A program made the translations under genes and the position numbers. Below the pieces are notes generated by a model that made no database searches, was not told the origin of the DNA, and was given only the letters and a program-made list of their open reading frames with translations. Positions 28,401 through 36,021 of a DNA stretch of 44,408 nucleotides are shown here, in pieces. Every line of letters begins with the position of its first letter. Positions within the stretch are counted from its first letter, which is position 1. This DNA comes from a virus, in IMG/VR virus record IMGVR_UViG_3300025592_000024; one strand, written 5' to 3'.

Positions 28401-29184
28401 AAATATAAATTATAGTAATCCATTCAAAGTATCCTCAAAAACAAATAAAACGGGGTCATATATTTCAGCGTCATCAGAATATGTTCCATTAGAAACAAAC
28501 ATGAATTATTCAAATCCATTTAATGTTAATTTTCATACAAATGAAACGGGTTCTTATATTTCAGCATCCGCTATACATGAAGATTTTACTTCAAATGTAA
28601 ATTTATATGATCCATTTAAATTAAATTATAAAACACAAGAAACCGGTTCAAGTGTAGTGTTTTCTGCAGACCTTGTATCATATAACGCACCAAGTCATAC
28701 TTTTTCAGAAGTAGCATCAGGAACAGGGTCATATGTAGGAAAGGATATATTAGAAATGCCAGCTTTATATGGAATAGGGGATAGAGATGAAAGTGGATGG
28801 TACGGAAGTGATTATTATAATGCCACAATCCAATTAGGAAGTCAAAAATCAATTTTTGAAGAAGTAGTTATGCCAAGAATTGAAACGAATGTTACATCAT
28901 ATTTTAATTCTGAAGTTGAGTATCATTATTCATCTTCATTAAGTGCATCATTACATAATCCATATTCATCAAGTTTTGTATTATCTGATTTAGATAATAA
29001 GTGGGATGAATCCTTGGGTACTGATAGACTATTTTATCTTGGGTGTGTTCAAACTAACGATACAACAGTTTCAGATAATGGAAGTAGATATGAAGATAAA
29101 TCAGCGGCAGTAGAAATAACAATAACAAGTCCAACAAAACTTGTAACAACAGACTCACCATCTACCCCACTTAACGTTAAATAA
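22417..29184 (+). CDS. 2255-aa baseplate/virion protein with CBM-like, lectin-like and LamG-like domains and a phage tail-protein-like segment
   Basis: ENLVSNGNF..VQVE and WVENVQIQ CBM-like ends; TIEFRFKA..SMMEYRNW LamG-like region; FIDMIGHYFD..W..V and YFLKTKGT wedge-like motifs. Confidence 0.7.
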   Translation: MPRKKQLTLDNVTGKLSRLNSENLPLISISGLDVGDEPIPFGESPTDVIEFHLYDTSDNYIASGKLPHPLPPKLDVGSHVRSLGYERGTYKIVYNFLRELGGSDKFILVYKNDRSIYQSDDPHWVDTNGKIYAGTVEEPLKDENNNFIELLIQEDKFWLQEISPSRTEIRLRPNPGINDPDFHEQFRLICYTCLAYSIVNGTSYLTFDDTGKVVTLHSPGDIQLNNSMVGGTLKIRNAFVIDKDESAEVISKYTPVIENETLPISENLVSNGNFFDGNDITEKSLISNNHTIEKFSNPGNSAWTLKTTSNGSDNKYEVIVKGISNETYILSCWVYWSDDWTSNRELFSGKINKGDSEVNISSIENAGGTFETKIISGNEWKREYKTITIPENSDGTIKWLLGKTTVTETGIRYITNVQVEPGSVSGTPSPYMVSSRQEEMDSQTTGTISFIDDNKLYAEISNEDAGFISLMGEGGSRGSGKIIIKDAFVVDENFSEVTEIKVVDDISIKNSNATQITNYEGEFRKSKYHGDFPDIGNSTIKVWIQADHEFILYKVDSNGNESQLGSHNNWRQSKDFSTADFSLSDKLRLVTKNISGAAAFLAKITYKGTEYKTGDVDGDYVIDTESESNLSTTSPGVWKIIEADGSTSNLPGWKSLGLANSSGTWGSNNDPELEECEWIWNNGNRKNNLVWEWTPTFNITDEIWKAWDPALHKDAVQVENWSYGFNWFDWGGSVDIQNSRSRWHSGWLGYHAKWVQGEGQYGDTVMKFIDKNSQFDAPNHTSYDGPFKTGLNTVESQPMGLAHRWLGIAQTLPYEMASQGISVGDNITITWWQKSDTIKKGAMVGLLHHRKSEVGQYWGSNIGNHPSTLEEGSHHAWQREFQRYIPVSNTDEWEQVSYTAEVEEDWDLTKPTSLYVYGHYGPEGILWVENVQIQRTVISTTIDKIPVTEDLVAEIETIIDKNTIILKDTYENLAPNGSVFDNSTNIRPWNEFTEFSVDYTSSLYSVEPTFGTLRGDIAGISGNTITLLNSYEELGNEAGHDFDSYSLYDMQSINDENSNGFEKWFINSPRDTEEDLSKLIKFGPNNFSLITNFKLDTITYPEYPHSAVYKLYEPLQGDIKDQDFCSVVKEMIPPIEETCTLIPFIEEEISDIVLRTPEPGNVNSPIGTGKTEYKGYDSLTTTDSSIKESLENELLSGSLSIDINIDHFLFDNFIHFGSAEKRVRNFKYKLDLIEMYSDRSASLSGTLSGTGYLPLSGSSSYNPGLSPISGSTTQIAWWERKRRETINTFDKFENYMYNKSSSYSSSSIGIQHDNAWPKLSGTGTYSDPYINYRVTQSVAVDWYNNQIISSSVYDKQNMNRLRVNLPTFVQDDSENDLFLNFIDMIGHYFDDIWAFVKSMTDVHDRRDGVDSGLARDLLKPVAQSLGWEVYDGKDLVSIPRYILGMEQTGSETPWQFSGTSDRDISREIWSRIINNMPYFLKTKGTSRAINGLISCYGIPSSILRVVEYGGPKLPGQSAESFLTRKFTKALNFFGATNNTYVQNDTWQAVTQGDGATSRRPDTIEFRFKAVTGSNQVLVRRGTDWSIGLKDNGSSDQYGYVNFKLSGSRGYNEITSSALPVYDGEFYSVMLTRTSASGTHLSDDDTSQDVVYTLYTKKYDVGRSKIYLESTSEMTVSGSLGAVSQSYNTSYNGGGNTITIGGPESVDFGESFSGSMMEYRNWTTPLLESSFDNHVTAPISFDGNHPSASYTDLVTRYSFDDDKDLSVGVNQWFQDASADQSFTSSAVPYNFTSGLKDHFSSVVDETKMKVPNLGPSRRSSTKIRIEDDVRNDKIGNPILKFGESITTPAYDNAPIDSNKLGIYFSPSAPIDEDIILSMPDLDFDQYIGDPRDQYKEQYTGLVEARNLYWQKYSGPNNFWDYLRLLKYYDSSLYKQVKSLIPARANANVGIMIEPTVLERDKIIIGKKPILETAHHTTFIDTMAYISESSEYPNYDANINYSNPFKVSSKTNKTGSYISASSEYVPLETNMNYSNPFNVNFHTNETGSYISASAIHEDFTSNVNLYDPFKLNYKTQETGSSVVFSADLVSYNAPSHTFSEVASGTGSYVGKDILEMPALYGIGDRDESGWYGSDYYNATIQLGSQKSIFEEVVMPRIETNVTSYFNSEVEYHYSSSLSASLHNPYSSSFVLSDLDNKWDESLGTDRLFYLGCVQTNDTTVSDNGSRYEDKSAAVEITITSPTKLVTTDSPSTPLNVK
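28402..28689 (+). repeat. three tandem 32-aa (96-nt) repeats in the 2255-aa protein
   Basis: NINYSNPF..TNKTGSYISAS / NMNYSNPF..TNETGSYISAS / NVNLYDPF..TQETGSSVVFS starting at 28402, 28498 and 28594. Confidence 0.85.
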
Positions 29185-29287
29185 AAATGATGAAAACTAA
29201 AAAAAATTATATTTATAAGTGAAGAATAACAAGTTTTATTACATCTTATAAAAAAATCCAAATTATTTTACACAGGAGAAAAGAAAA

Positions 29288-30100
29288 ATGGGATATCTAA
29301 ATAATACAACACGAACATTAGACGCTATTTTGACAAAAAAGGGTAGAGAACTTTTGTCAACTGGTGGAAATTTTACAGTCAGTAAATTTGCATTGGGAGA
29401 TGATGAAATAGATTATGATCTATGGGATACAACACATACAAGGGGAACGGATTATTACGGAGCTGTAATAGAAAATCTACCAGCACTAGAACCATTTAAC
29501 GATCCATCTGAAATTATGAAATATAAACTGGTATCAAGATCCGATGGTACTCGGGCGATGGCAAAGTTGGTTGAAACCAATAACACAAGCACTCAATTAT
29601 CTGGAACAAATAGTGCATTAGTTTGGGAGACAACAGAAAATGATTTCAATAGGGCGCTTGTTGTTGGTGAACCGACATTAGAAAAATTTGGTGCTCCAGG
29701 AGTTGCAATATCAATTCAACATAAAGATAATTCTAACTATGGCGCTGTCGATCAAAACTTGTATTCAGGAGAAAGTTATACTATTACTTTGTTAGACTCA
29801 TCTATTGCTTTATTAGCTCCAGATTATCAAACTGTGAAAGAAGGTGTTATGGTTGAAAAATCAAATAATACATCATTAGATTCATTGTGGCTACCATTTG
29901 TGAATAATGTTCAGCATATATCTCAAACTATTTCTGGAACAGTAATAGGTAGTGGTGGTAATTTGAGAAAATCAGGGTTGGCAGCACCAATAATGATTTA
30001 TCCAAAACGAATTTCACAACAAACTAAAACTTCAATAGTAATTACAGGTGAAAGTTCTGGGGCAGTAATAGAGTTTGATGTTACTGTTCGTAAATCATAA
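29288..30100 (+). CDS. virion structural protein, paralog N1 (ILTKKGRE..FALGDDEIDY family)
   Basis: Shared N-terminal module; ATATTTAT box at 29209. Confidence 0.75.
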   Translation: MGYLNNTTRTLDAILTKKGRELLSTGGNFTVSKFALGDDEIDYDLWDTTHTRGTDYYGAVIENLPALEPFNDPSEIMKYKLVSRSDGTRAMAKLVETNNTSTQLSGTNSALVWETTENDFNRALVVGEPTLEKFGAPGVAISIQHKDNSNYGAVDQNLYSGESYTITLLDSSIALLAPDYQTVKEGVMVEKSNNTSLDSLWLPFVNNVQHISQTISGTVIGSGGNLRKSGLAAPIMIYPKRISQQTKTSIVITGESSGAVIEFDVTVRKS

Positions 30101-30123
30101 AATAATAACACGAAGGAAAATAA

Positions 30124-30819
30124 ATGGGATTTATAAATAATACTTCGTACATACTAAATGCGGTATTAACTAAAAAAGGTAGAGAATATCTATCAAAAAG
30201 TGATGGTAAGTTTAATATATCAAAGTTTGCATTAGCAGACGATGAAATAGATTATACATTATGGGATACAGCACACCCAAGGGGGACAGATTATTACGGT
30301 GCGGTATTGGAAAGTACTCCAATGATAGAACCAGTTGTTGATCCAGAAGTGGTAATGAAATATAAGTTAATTACACTTCCAATAGGAACAACAGCTTTAC
30401 CATATATTAGTAACATAACTCCTCCAACTGGTTTAACAGGTGTGAATGCATTAAATACAGAATATAATGGAAATACAATTCCGAAATGGTCAATGAGTGA
30501 CCACGTTTTAAATCCAAGTACGGTAGGAGCAGATGGAGCATTTTCCAATGAAAAATATAGTTTTTTAGTATTGAATAAAAATGTAATTGATATTGGAACA
30601 GGACAAGGTGAAAATGTAAATTATGATATTGGAGCGGTTTATAATGAAGAAAGTGGTAGATTGAGTAAAAAGGTAGTTTCAAGAGTATCAACAATAAAAT
30701 CTCAAATGCTTACATCTAATAGAGAAACTTCAATAATTATAACAGGACAAATGTCAGGGGCAATTTATGTTCTTCCAATAGAAGTAAAATATGTGGATAA
30801 TACTTCAGGTGGTGTATAA
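30124..30819 (+). CDS. virion structural protein, paralog N2
   Basis: LNAVLTKKGREYL..ISKFALADDEIDY; C-terminal TSIIITGQMSGA matches N1 TSIVITGESSGA. Confidence 0.75.
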   Translation: MGFINNTSYILNAVLTKKGREYLSKSDGKFNISKFALADDEIDYTLWDTAHPRGTDYYGAVLESTPMIEPVVDPEVVMKYKLITLPIGTTALPYISNITPPTGLTGVNALNTEYNGNTIPKWSMSDHVLNPSTVGADGAFSNEKYSFLVLNKNVIDIGTGQGENVNYDIGAVYNEESGRLSKKVVSRVSTIKSQMLTSNRETSIIITGQMSGAIYVLPIEVKYVDNTSGGV

Positions 30820-31121
30820 TGGGATTTATAAATAAAACAACTTTAGTTTTAGATGCAGTATTGACTAAACGTGGAATTGATTATCTACGGTCTGCTGTTT
30901 TTGGTGAAAATCAAAATAGAGAACACATTATTACTAAATTTGCATTAGGTGATGATGAAGTGGATTATGGTTTATGGGATGTTACCCCAAGTGGTTCTAA
31001 TTTTGTAAAACCATATGGTCAAGTAATAGACAATCAACCAGTATTCGAACCTATAATTACAAATACTGAAATTATGAATTCTTTTATTTTTAAAAATAGA
31101 ATTGAAGAGAGTAATAAATAA
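30819..31121 (+). CDS. virion structural protein, paralog N3 (N-terminal module only)
   Basis: LDAVLTKRG..ITKFALGDDEVDY; 100 aa. Confidence 0.7.
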   Translation: MGFINKTTLVLDAVLTKRGIDYLRSAVFGENQNREHIITKFALGDDEVDYGLWDVTPSGSNFVKPYGQVIDNQPVFEPIITNTEIMNSFIFKNRIEESNK

Positions 31122-31375
31122 TGTTAAGTGCAAAACAAGTTGGTAAAGATGGTATTGGAAAAGAAAAAACTTTGTTTAGTAGTGGAGTTAGATTAAAAGG
31201 AAAGGAAATTTCAACTACAAAGTTTACAACACTAAAAGTAACAGGAATGAATACTGGAGCAACTCGGACATTAGATGTAATGGTTAAACCTGGTGGTGGA
31301 GTATATTTTACTCCACCAGCAGAAGAATATACTCCACAATTACCAACTGCAAATTTTTCATTCAATATAATATAG
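31121..31375 (+). CDS. small structural-cluster protein ending in a PKD-like strand
   Basis: TAATG coupling; ends LPTANFSFNII. Confidence 0.6.
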   Translation: MLSAKQVGKDGIGKEKTLFSSGVRLKGKEISTTKFTTLKVTGMNTGATRTLDVMVKPGGGVYFTPPAEEYTPQLPTANFSFNII

Positions 31376-31384
31376 GAAATAATA

Positions 31385-31921
31385 GTGGGATATTTAGATA
31401 AAACATCTCTAACAGTAACTGCAAATTTTACAAAACGTGGAAGAGAAGTTTTGGCCGATTGTATTTCTGGTGATGGGGAAGTAGATTTATCATATATCAT
31501 TACTAAATTTGCATTAGGAGATGATGAAATAGATTATGGATTATGGGATGAAACTCAATCTTCAAATTTAAAGGGAAGAATAATAGATAATATGCCCATG
31601 GTAGAATCATTTATAAATCAAAAAGAAATTATGAATTCGTTTATAGTAGATCCACCACCTACTGGATATGGACCAACATTGTCAAATTTACAAGACCAAA
31701 TAGAATTAACTGGAGTCGGTGATATAATAGATATTTTACCGACAACGGATAATTATGATGATACAGAAGTATATGAGTTTTTCTTAGAACATGATAACTT
31801 ATTTGAAATGTACGTTCCTTGGAACGCACCAACATCAGATTTTAGTTGGTCAGTAAATTCGGATGGAAGTGATATAAATTTACCACCTATTTCAGGATTT
31901 ACTTGGTCAATAGGATTTTAA
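31385..31921 (+). CDS. virion structural protein, paralog N4
   Basis: GTG start with AGGA RBS; ANFTKRGREVL..ITKFALGDDEIDY. Confidence 0.75.
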   Translation: MGYLDKTSLTVTANFTKRGREVLADCISGDGEVDLSYIITKFALGDDEIDYGLWDETQSSNLKGRIIDNMPMVESFINQKEIMNSFIVDPPPTGYGPTLSNLQDQIELTGVGDIIDILPTTDNYDDTEVYEFFLEHDNLFEMYVPWNAPTSDFSWSVNSDGSDINLPPISGFTWSIGF

Positions 31922-31937
31922 CCAGAGGAGAATAAAA

Positions 31938-32447
31938 ATGTCAGTACAGTCAATACAACAGGGAACAGCACCGTTAACAATAAATTTTAATGATACTTCC
32001 ATCGGTGATGGGTTAACATATTTTTGGGATTTTGGAGATGGTAATTCATCCACGGATAAAAATCCTACTCATACTTTTATAAACGGTGGAGTATATTCTG
32101 TTTCATTAGCTGTAAGTAATGATAATGGAAGTGATATTAAATCGGTTCCAATAGTAGTTGCATCTGGTGGAAACACAGGTGGAGTTGGTGGAAACACAGG
32201 TGGAATTGGTGGAAACACAGGTGGAGTTGGTGGAAACAAAGGTGGAGTTGGTGGAAACAAAGGTGGAGTTGGTGGAAACACAGGTGGAGTTGGTGGAAAC
32301 ACAGGTGGAGTTGGTGGAAACAAAGGTGGAGTTGGTGGAAACACAGGTGGAGTTGGTGGAAACAAAGGTGGAGTTGGTGGAAACACAGGTGGAGTTGGTG
32401 GAAACAAAGGTGGAGTTGGTGATTCTAGTGGATTTAAACTTAAATAA
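31938..32447 (+). CDS. PKD-domain protein with Gly-rich heptad tail
   Basis: GAGGAG RBS; GTAPLTINF, YFWDFGDG, NPTHTF..GVYSVSL. Confidence 0.85.
   Translation: MSVQSIQQGTAPLTINFNDTSIGDGLTYFWDFGDGNSSTDKNPTHTFINGGVYSVSLAVSNDNGSDIKSVPIVVASGGNTGGVGGNTGGIGGNTGGVGGNKGGVGGNKGGVGGNTGGVGGNTGGVGGNKGGVGGNTGGVGGNKGGVGGNTGGVGGNKGGVGDSSGFKLK
32166..32417 (+). repeat. 12 x 21-nt tandem repeat encoding GGN(T/K)GG(V/I)
   Basis: Unit GGTGGAAAC(ACA/AAA)GGTGGAGTT counted directly; unit 2 ends ATT. Confidence 0.95.
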
Positions 32448-32489
32448 TTTAATAACAATATATTTATAGATATATTAAGGAGATAAACA

Positions 32490-33533
32490 ATGAGTGAAGT
32501 AAGTAACTTCTTTACTATTTTAGAAAATAGTGATAAAAGAACAAACATACCAAGTACTATTTCATCACCAGTATGGTCTGGTGGTGCTGCTACTCTAACA
32601 TCATTTTATACCGGATCAACTCAAAGTGGTAGTAGTGGTGATTATTATTATGATGTATATGATAAAGCTGGAAGTGATTCTACACGACAGGTACAATTTG
32701 CTGTGTCTTATGGACACATCGAAGGAAGTGGATCATTATCTACATCTGCCGGTAACAATCCAACAAAGGCAATTTATCGTCAAGTTAGAAACATTTGTAT
32801 TAAAAATGCGTCAAGTGAAACACGATTCAATTTTAATGCTGATGGTGATGGTACATCTTATGAAGCAGCTGATGTATTTGCGATTGGTGTAAACAGAGCA
32901 AGATATAGAGAAAAAATAGATCCAGGTAACTGGGAACTACATTTGACTAAAGGTGGAAATACTTTAAAATTAATTGACGATAGTGGTGCAACTTCTGATT
33001 CAACAGTTAACGCATCTCAACGAGTATTCAACATAGTTAGTGGTTCAATAAGTGGTGGTACTGCAACAATAAAAACGACAGCAGTTGCCCAATCAGCAAC
33101 TAATGGTTCATTTGGATATTTTTATCCAGAACTCGGTATTATTGTATTGAATGCATACGCGTTAAATCAAGATTCACTCGCAATTACACTGACAAGATCA
33201 ACTGCCACAAACGATAATACTGCATACGAATTAGTATCATCTATTAGTACAGGAGCAAAATTCCAAGCACGTAGAGAAGAACAAATTAAATCTTCTCATT
33301 ACTTTTGTAGAGTTAGATCTGATGAATATAACTGGAGTCAAAATCCAACATATTACACAGGGTCAAATGCAGAATTGAGAAATCCTACATTTATTCAAGA
33401 TCCAAAATCTTATATCACTACGGTTGGTCTTTACAATGATAACAATGAACTTTTAGCAGTAGCTAAATTAAGTCAACCATTACTAAAATCAAGAGATAGA
33501 GAAGCTGTAATAAAAGTTAGATTGGACTTTTAA
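32490..33533 (+). CDS. virion structural protein, paralog C1 (YITTVGLYND..ELLAVAKLSQP family)
   Basis: RARYREKIDPGNWEL; C-terminal motif; ATATTTAT box at 32460. Confidence 0.75.
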   Translation: MSEVSNFFTILENSDKRTNIPSTISSPVWSGGAATLTSFYTGSTQSGSSGDYYYDVYDKAGSDSTRQVQFAVSYGHIEGSGSLSTSAGNNPTKAIYRQVRNICIKNASSETRFNFNADGDGTSYEAADVFAIGVNRARYREKIDPGNWELHLTKGGNTLKLIDDSGATSDSTVNASQRVFNIVSGSISGGTATIKTTAVAQSATNGSFGYFYPELGIIVLNAYALNQDSLAITLTRSTATNDNTAYELVSSISTGAKFQARREEQIKSSHYFCRVRSDEYNWSQNPTYYTGSNAELRNPTFIQDPKSYITTVGLYNDNNELLAVAKLSQPLLKSRDREAVIKVRLDF

Positions 33534-33544
33534 GGAGAACTTAA

Positions 33545-34570
33545 ATGTCATTTAAAGTTTTTGATTCTAAAGATAAATTGGAAAATATGGTCAGTACGGT
33601 TGCTGAACCAATGTGGTCAAGTGCAGTAGGAACATTAACCACGTTTTTTACTGGATCAGTACAATCATCCAATACTGGAAAATACTATTATGACGTACAT
33701 TCGTCAGATGATCAAACAACGGATGTTCAGTTTGCTGTATCGTATGGTCATAGATTAGGTTCCGGTTCAGAAGGTGGAACTGCTACTGGAGAAACAAATC
33801 CTACTAAAGCAATATACTCTCAATTTAGACAAGTTTTACTTCCAGCAGAAACAACTAAATTTAATTTTCATGGGGATTCTGGTACAAATTATTATAGTGA
33901 TGATGTTCTAACTGTAGTAGCAAATCGTGCACGATATAGAGAAAAGATGGATCCAGGTAATTGGGAATTACATTTAACAAGTGGTAGTAATACTATTAAA
34001 CTCATCGATGACAGTGGAGCTTCTTCAAACTCGAATGTAGGAGATGCTCAAAGAGAATTTTGGGTAGTATCTGGTTCAATTGCAAACGGAGTTCATACAA
34101 CTGCAACTTCAACAGCAACATCCACAACTTCAGGTTCATATGGATTATTTTATCCTGAAACGGGTATAATTTTATTAAATCCAAGTTCTTTATCTTCTGG
34201 ACTTAGTGATAGAGTTATGCATACAATGGGAAGTAGTGCTTCTACAAATGACTTAAATCATAGAAAGCTATTCACTTCTATAAAAAGTGGATCATATTTT
34301 GCATCACGACGAGAAGAACGTAAACGAAGTTCATTTTACTTCTGTAGAGTACAAAATACTGAATTTAATCACAGTCAAAATCCGTCATATTTCACAGGAT
34401 CTAATGCTACCCTCGTAAATAATTCATTCATTACCGAACCAACTTCATATATTACAACTGTTGGTTTATATAATGATAAGAATGAACTTCTTGCAGTTGC
34501 TAAATTATCTCAGCCTTTCAAAAAAGACCAAAATACCGAAGCACTTATCAAAGTACGACTTGATTTTTAA
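33545..34570 (+). CDS. virion structural protein, paralog C2
   Basis: Full-length similarity to C1 (RARYREKMDPGNWEL, YITTVGLYNDKNELLAVAKLSQP). Confidence 0.75.
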   Translation: MSFKVFDSKDKLENMVSTVAEPMWSSAVGTLTTFFTGSVQSSNTGKYYYDVHSSDDQTTDVQFAVSYGHRLGSGSEGGTATGETNPTKAIYSQFRQVLLPAETTKFNFHGDSGTNYYSDDVLTVVANRARYREKMDPGNWELHLTSGSNTIKLIDDSGASSNSNVGDAQREFWVVSGSIANGVHTTATSTATSTTSGSYGLFYPETGIILLNPSSLSSGLSDRVMHTMGSSASTNDLNHRKLFTSIKSGSYFASRREERKRSSFYFCRVQNTEFNHSQNPSYFTGSNATLVNNSFITEPTSYITTVGLYNDKNELLAVAKLSQPFKKDQNTEALIKVRLDF

Positions 34571-34581
34571 GGGAGATCCCA

Positions 34582-35715
34582 ATGTTTAAGGATATATCTC
34601 CAGACGATAGATCAATAAAAGAATTCAAAACTTATAAAAAATTCACCTTCACGCAAACAGATAGTGGAAGTGGTGTTTATGGAATAGAAGGTGTGAGTGG
34701 TAGTTTTCACAATTTCCTAACGGGATCAGCTGCATCTCAAAGTTATGGTGTATTTAATCAAGATTCTCAAAGTGTAGGTAAAGATTGGAAAACTTGGTAT
34801 AGTGATGGAACTTTTTTTAAGATTCCATTATATTATTCATTAAATCATCTATATTATCAATACGATAAAACTTCAAATCCAAAATCAAATACTACAAGAT
34901 TCCCAATTTATACTGTCACTGATTGGAGTAGAAAATGGCCACATGGCAGAGAAAGTTGGGGTTCAATAAATCCACGACAACTTCATAATAAATTTAATGT
35001 TATAACAATTCCACAAGAATACTATGGCGAAGAAATAAAACCACACTCCGTAAAGATATTAGATGATAGTGGAGACACCACTTTAGATTTAAGAGATGAT
35101 GGAAACGGACAACTCTACGATTACCAGTATTCAGCAAGTTTTGCCGCTGGAACTCCTGGTGGAAGTCCTTTAACTGGAAGTTGCGTGGGAAATGTATTTT
35201 ACGAACATGGACTTATCACAATTACAGATACAGGTTCTCTATATATTTCTGCAAGTATTGGTAGTGGTTCATCACCGTCTGGACAATATGATGGAACTGA
35301 TGGATTTACTGTTACATTTCAAGCAACAAAAACTTCATATGAATATGAATATGTTTGTCATGTTCCAGAATTTGAATTTACTGGTACTACAAATCCAAGT
35401 GCAGTTAATGGACGAAGTGGAAGTATTTATGTCCCACAGGGTGCAAAATATATTTACGATGGAAACCTTCAAAATCCACAATATGAAAATACTATTGATT
35501 TAGTAATGCCACCAGCAAGTAGTTCATATAATTTATCATACGATTCTGGAACACATTATCAGAATTTCACAACCCATTCAGAATTTGGGACTTATATTAC
35601 TAATATAGGTCTTTATAATGATGCAAATGAATTAATGGTTATAGCAAAATTATCAAATCCAATTAAAAACGATAAAGAATTGCCACTTTCATTTTTAATT
35701 AGATTTGATTCTTAA
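34582..35715 (+). CDS. virion structural protein, paralog C3 (divergent)
   Basis: YITNIGLYNDANELMVIAKLSNPIK..IRFD. Confidence 0.75.
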   Translation: MFKDISPDDRSIKEFKTYKKFTFTQTDSGSGVYGIEGVSGSFHNFLTGSAASQSYGVFNQDSQSVGKDWKTWYSDGTFFKIPLYYSLNHLYYQYDKTSNPKSNTTRFPIYTVTDWSRKWPHGRESWGSINPRQLHNKFNVITIPQEYYGEEIKPHSVKILDDSGDTTLDLRDDGNGQLYDYQYSASFAAGTPGGSPLTGSCVGNVFYEHGLITITDTGSLYISASIGSGSSPSGQYDGTDGFTVTFQATKTSYEYEYVCHVPEFEFTGTTNPSAVNGRSGSIYVPQGAKYIYDGNLQNPQYENTIDLVMPPASSSYNLSYDSGTHYQNFTTHSEFGTYITNIGLYNDANELMVIAKLSNPIKNDKELPLSFLIRFDS

Positions 35716-35751
35716 AGTATATTATAATTTATGATCCATGGGAGAAATACA

Positions 35752-35970
35752 GTGTATAATGACGATAGTGGAAAATTAGGAAAATTGTTATTGAATACTA
35801 ATACTATTACAAAACGACAATTATCAAAGGCAATTCAAAATCAAATGAGGGGGGACGATAGAAAACTTGGTAAAATACTTGTTGAATTAAATTATTGTAA
35901 TTATGATGATATAATAGACGTTTTATTAGATTTAAATCGTAAATTAATTAATTTGGATGATACGATTTAG
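35752..35970 (+). CDS. stand-alone MshEN-like (GspE/PilB N-terminal) protein
   Basis: Tandem KLGxxLL..I....L...I..Q / KLGxxLV repeats; GTG 35752 has a GGGAG RBS (ORF track start is 35731). Confidence 0.7.
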   Translation: MYNDDSGKLGKLLLNTNTITKRQLSKAIQNQMRGDDRKLGKILVELNYCNYDDIIDVLLDLNRKLINLDDTI

Positions 35971-36021
35971 TGTATATATTATATTTATATAAGGGAAATA
36001 TAATATATTTGGAGAATGTAA

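Noticed and set aside
29288-31921. Calling the N1-N4 paralogs major capsid or sheath proteins
   Set aside because: No HK97-fold or gp18-like motifs are visible; sizes and context fit baseplate or fibre attachment better
31919-31940. Stop-codon readthrough fusing 31385 to the PKD gene
   Set aside because: The two frames are 16 nt apart (not in phase) and the downstream gene has its own GAGGAG RBS
32166-32417. CRISPR array
   Set aside because: Repeats are contiguous with no spacers and are in frame in a protein
32069-32548. Alternative-frame repeat proteins (VELVETQ on +, PPTPPVF on -)
   Set aside because: They are expected shadows of a stop-free 21-nt repeat; no convincing RBS, while the PKD frame has one
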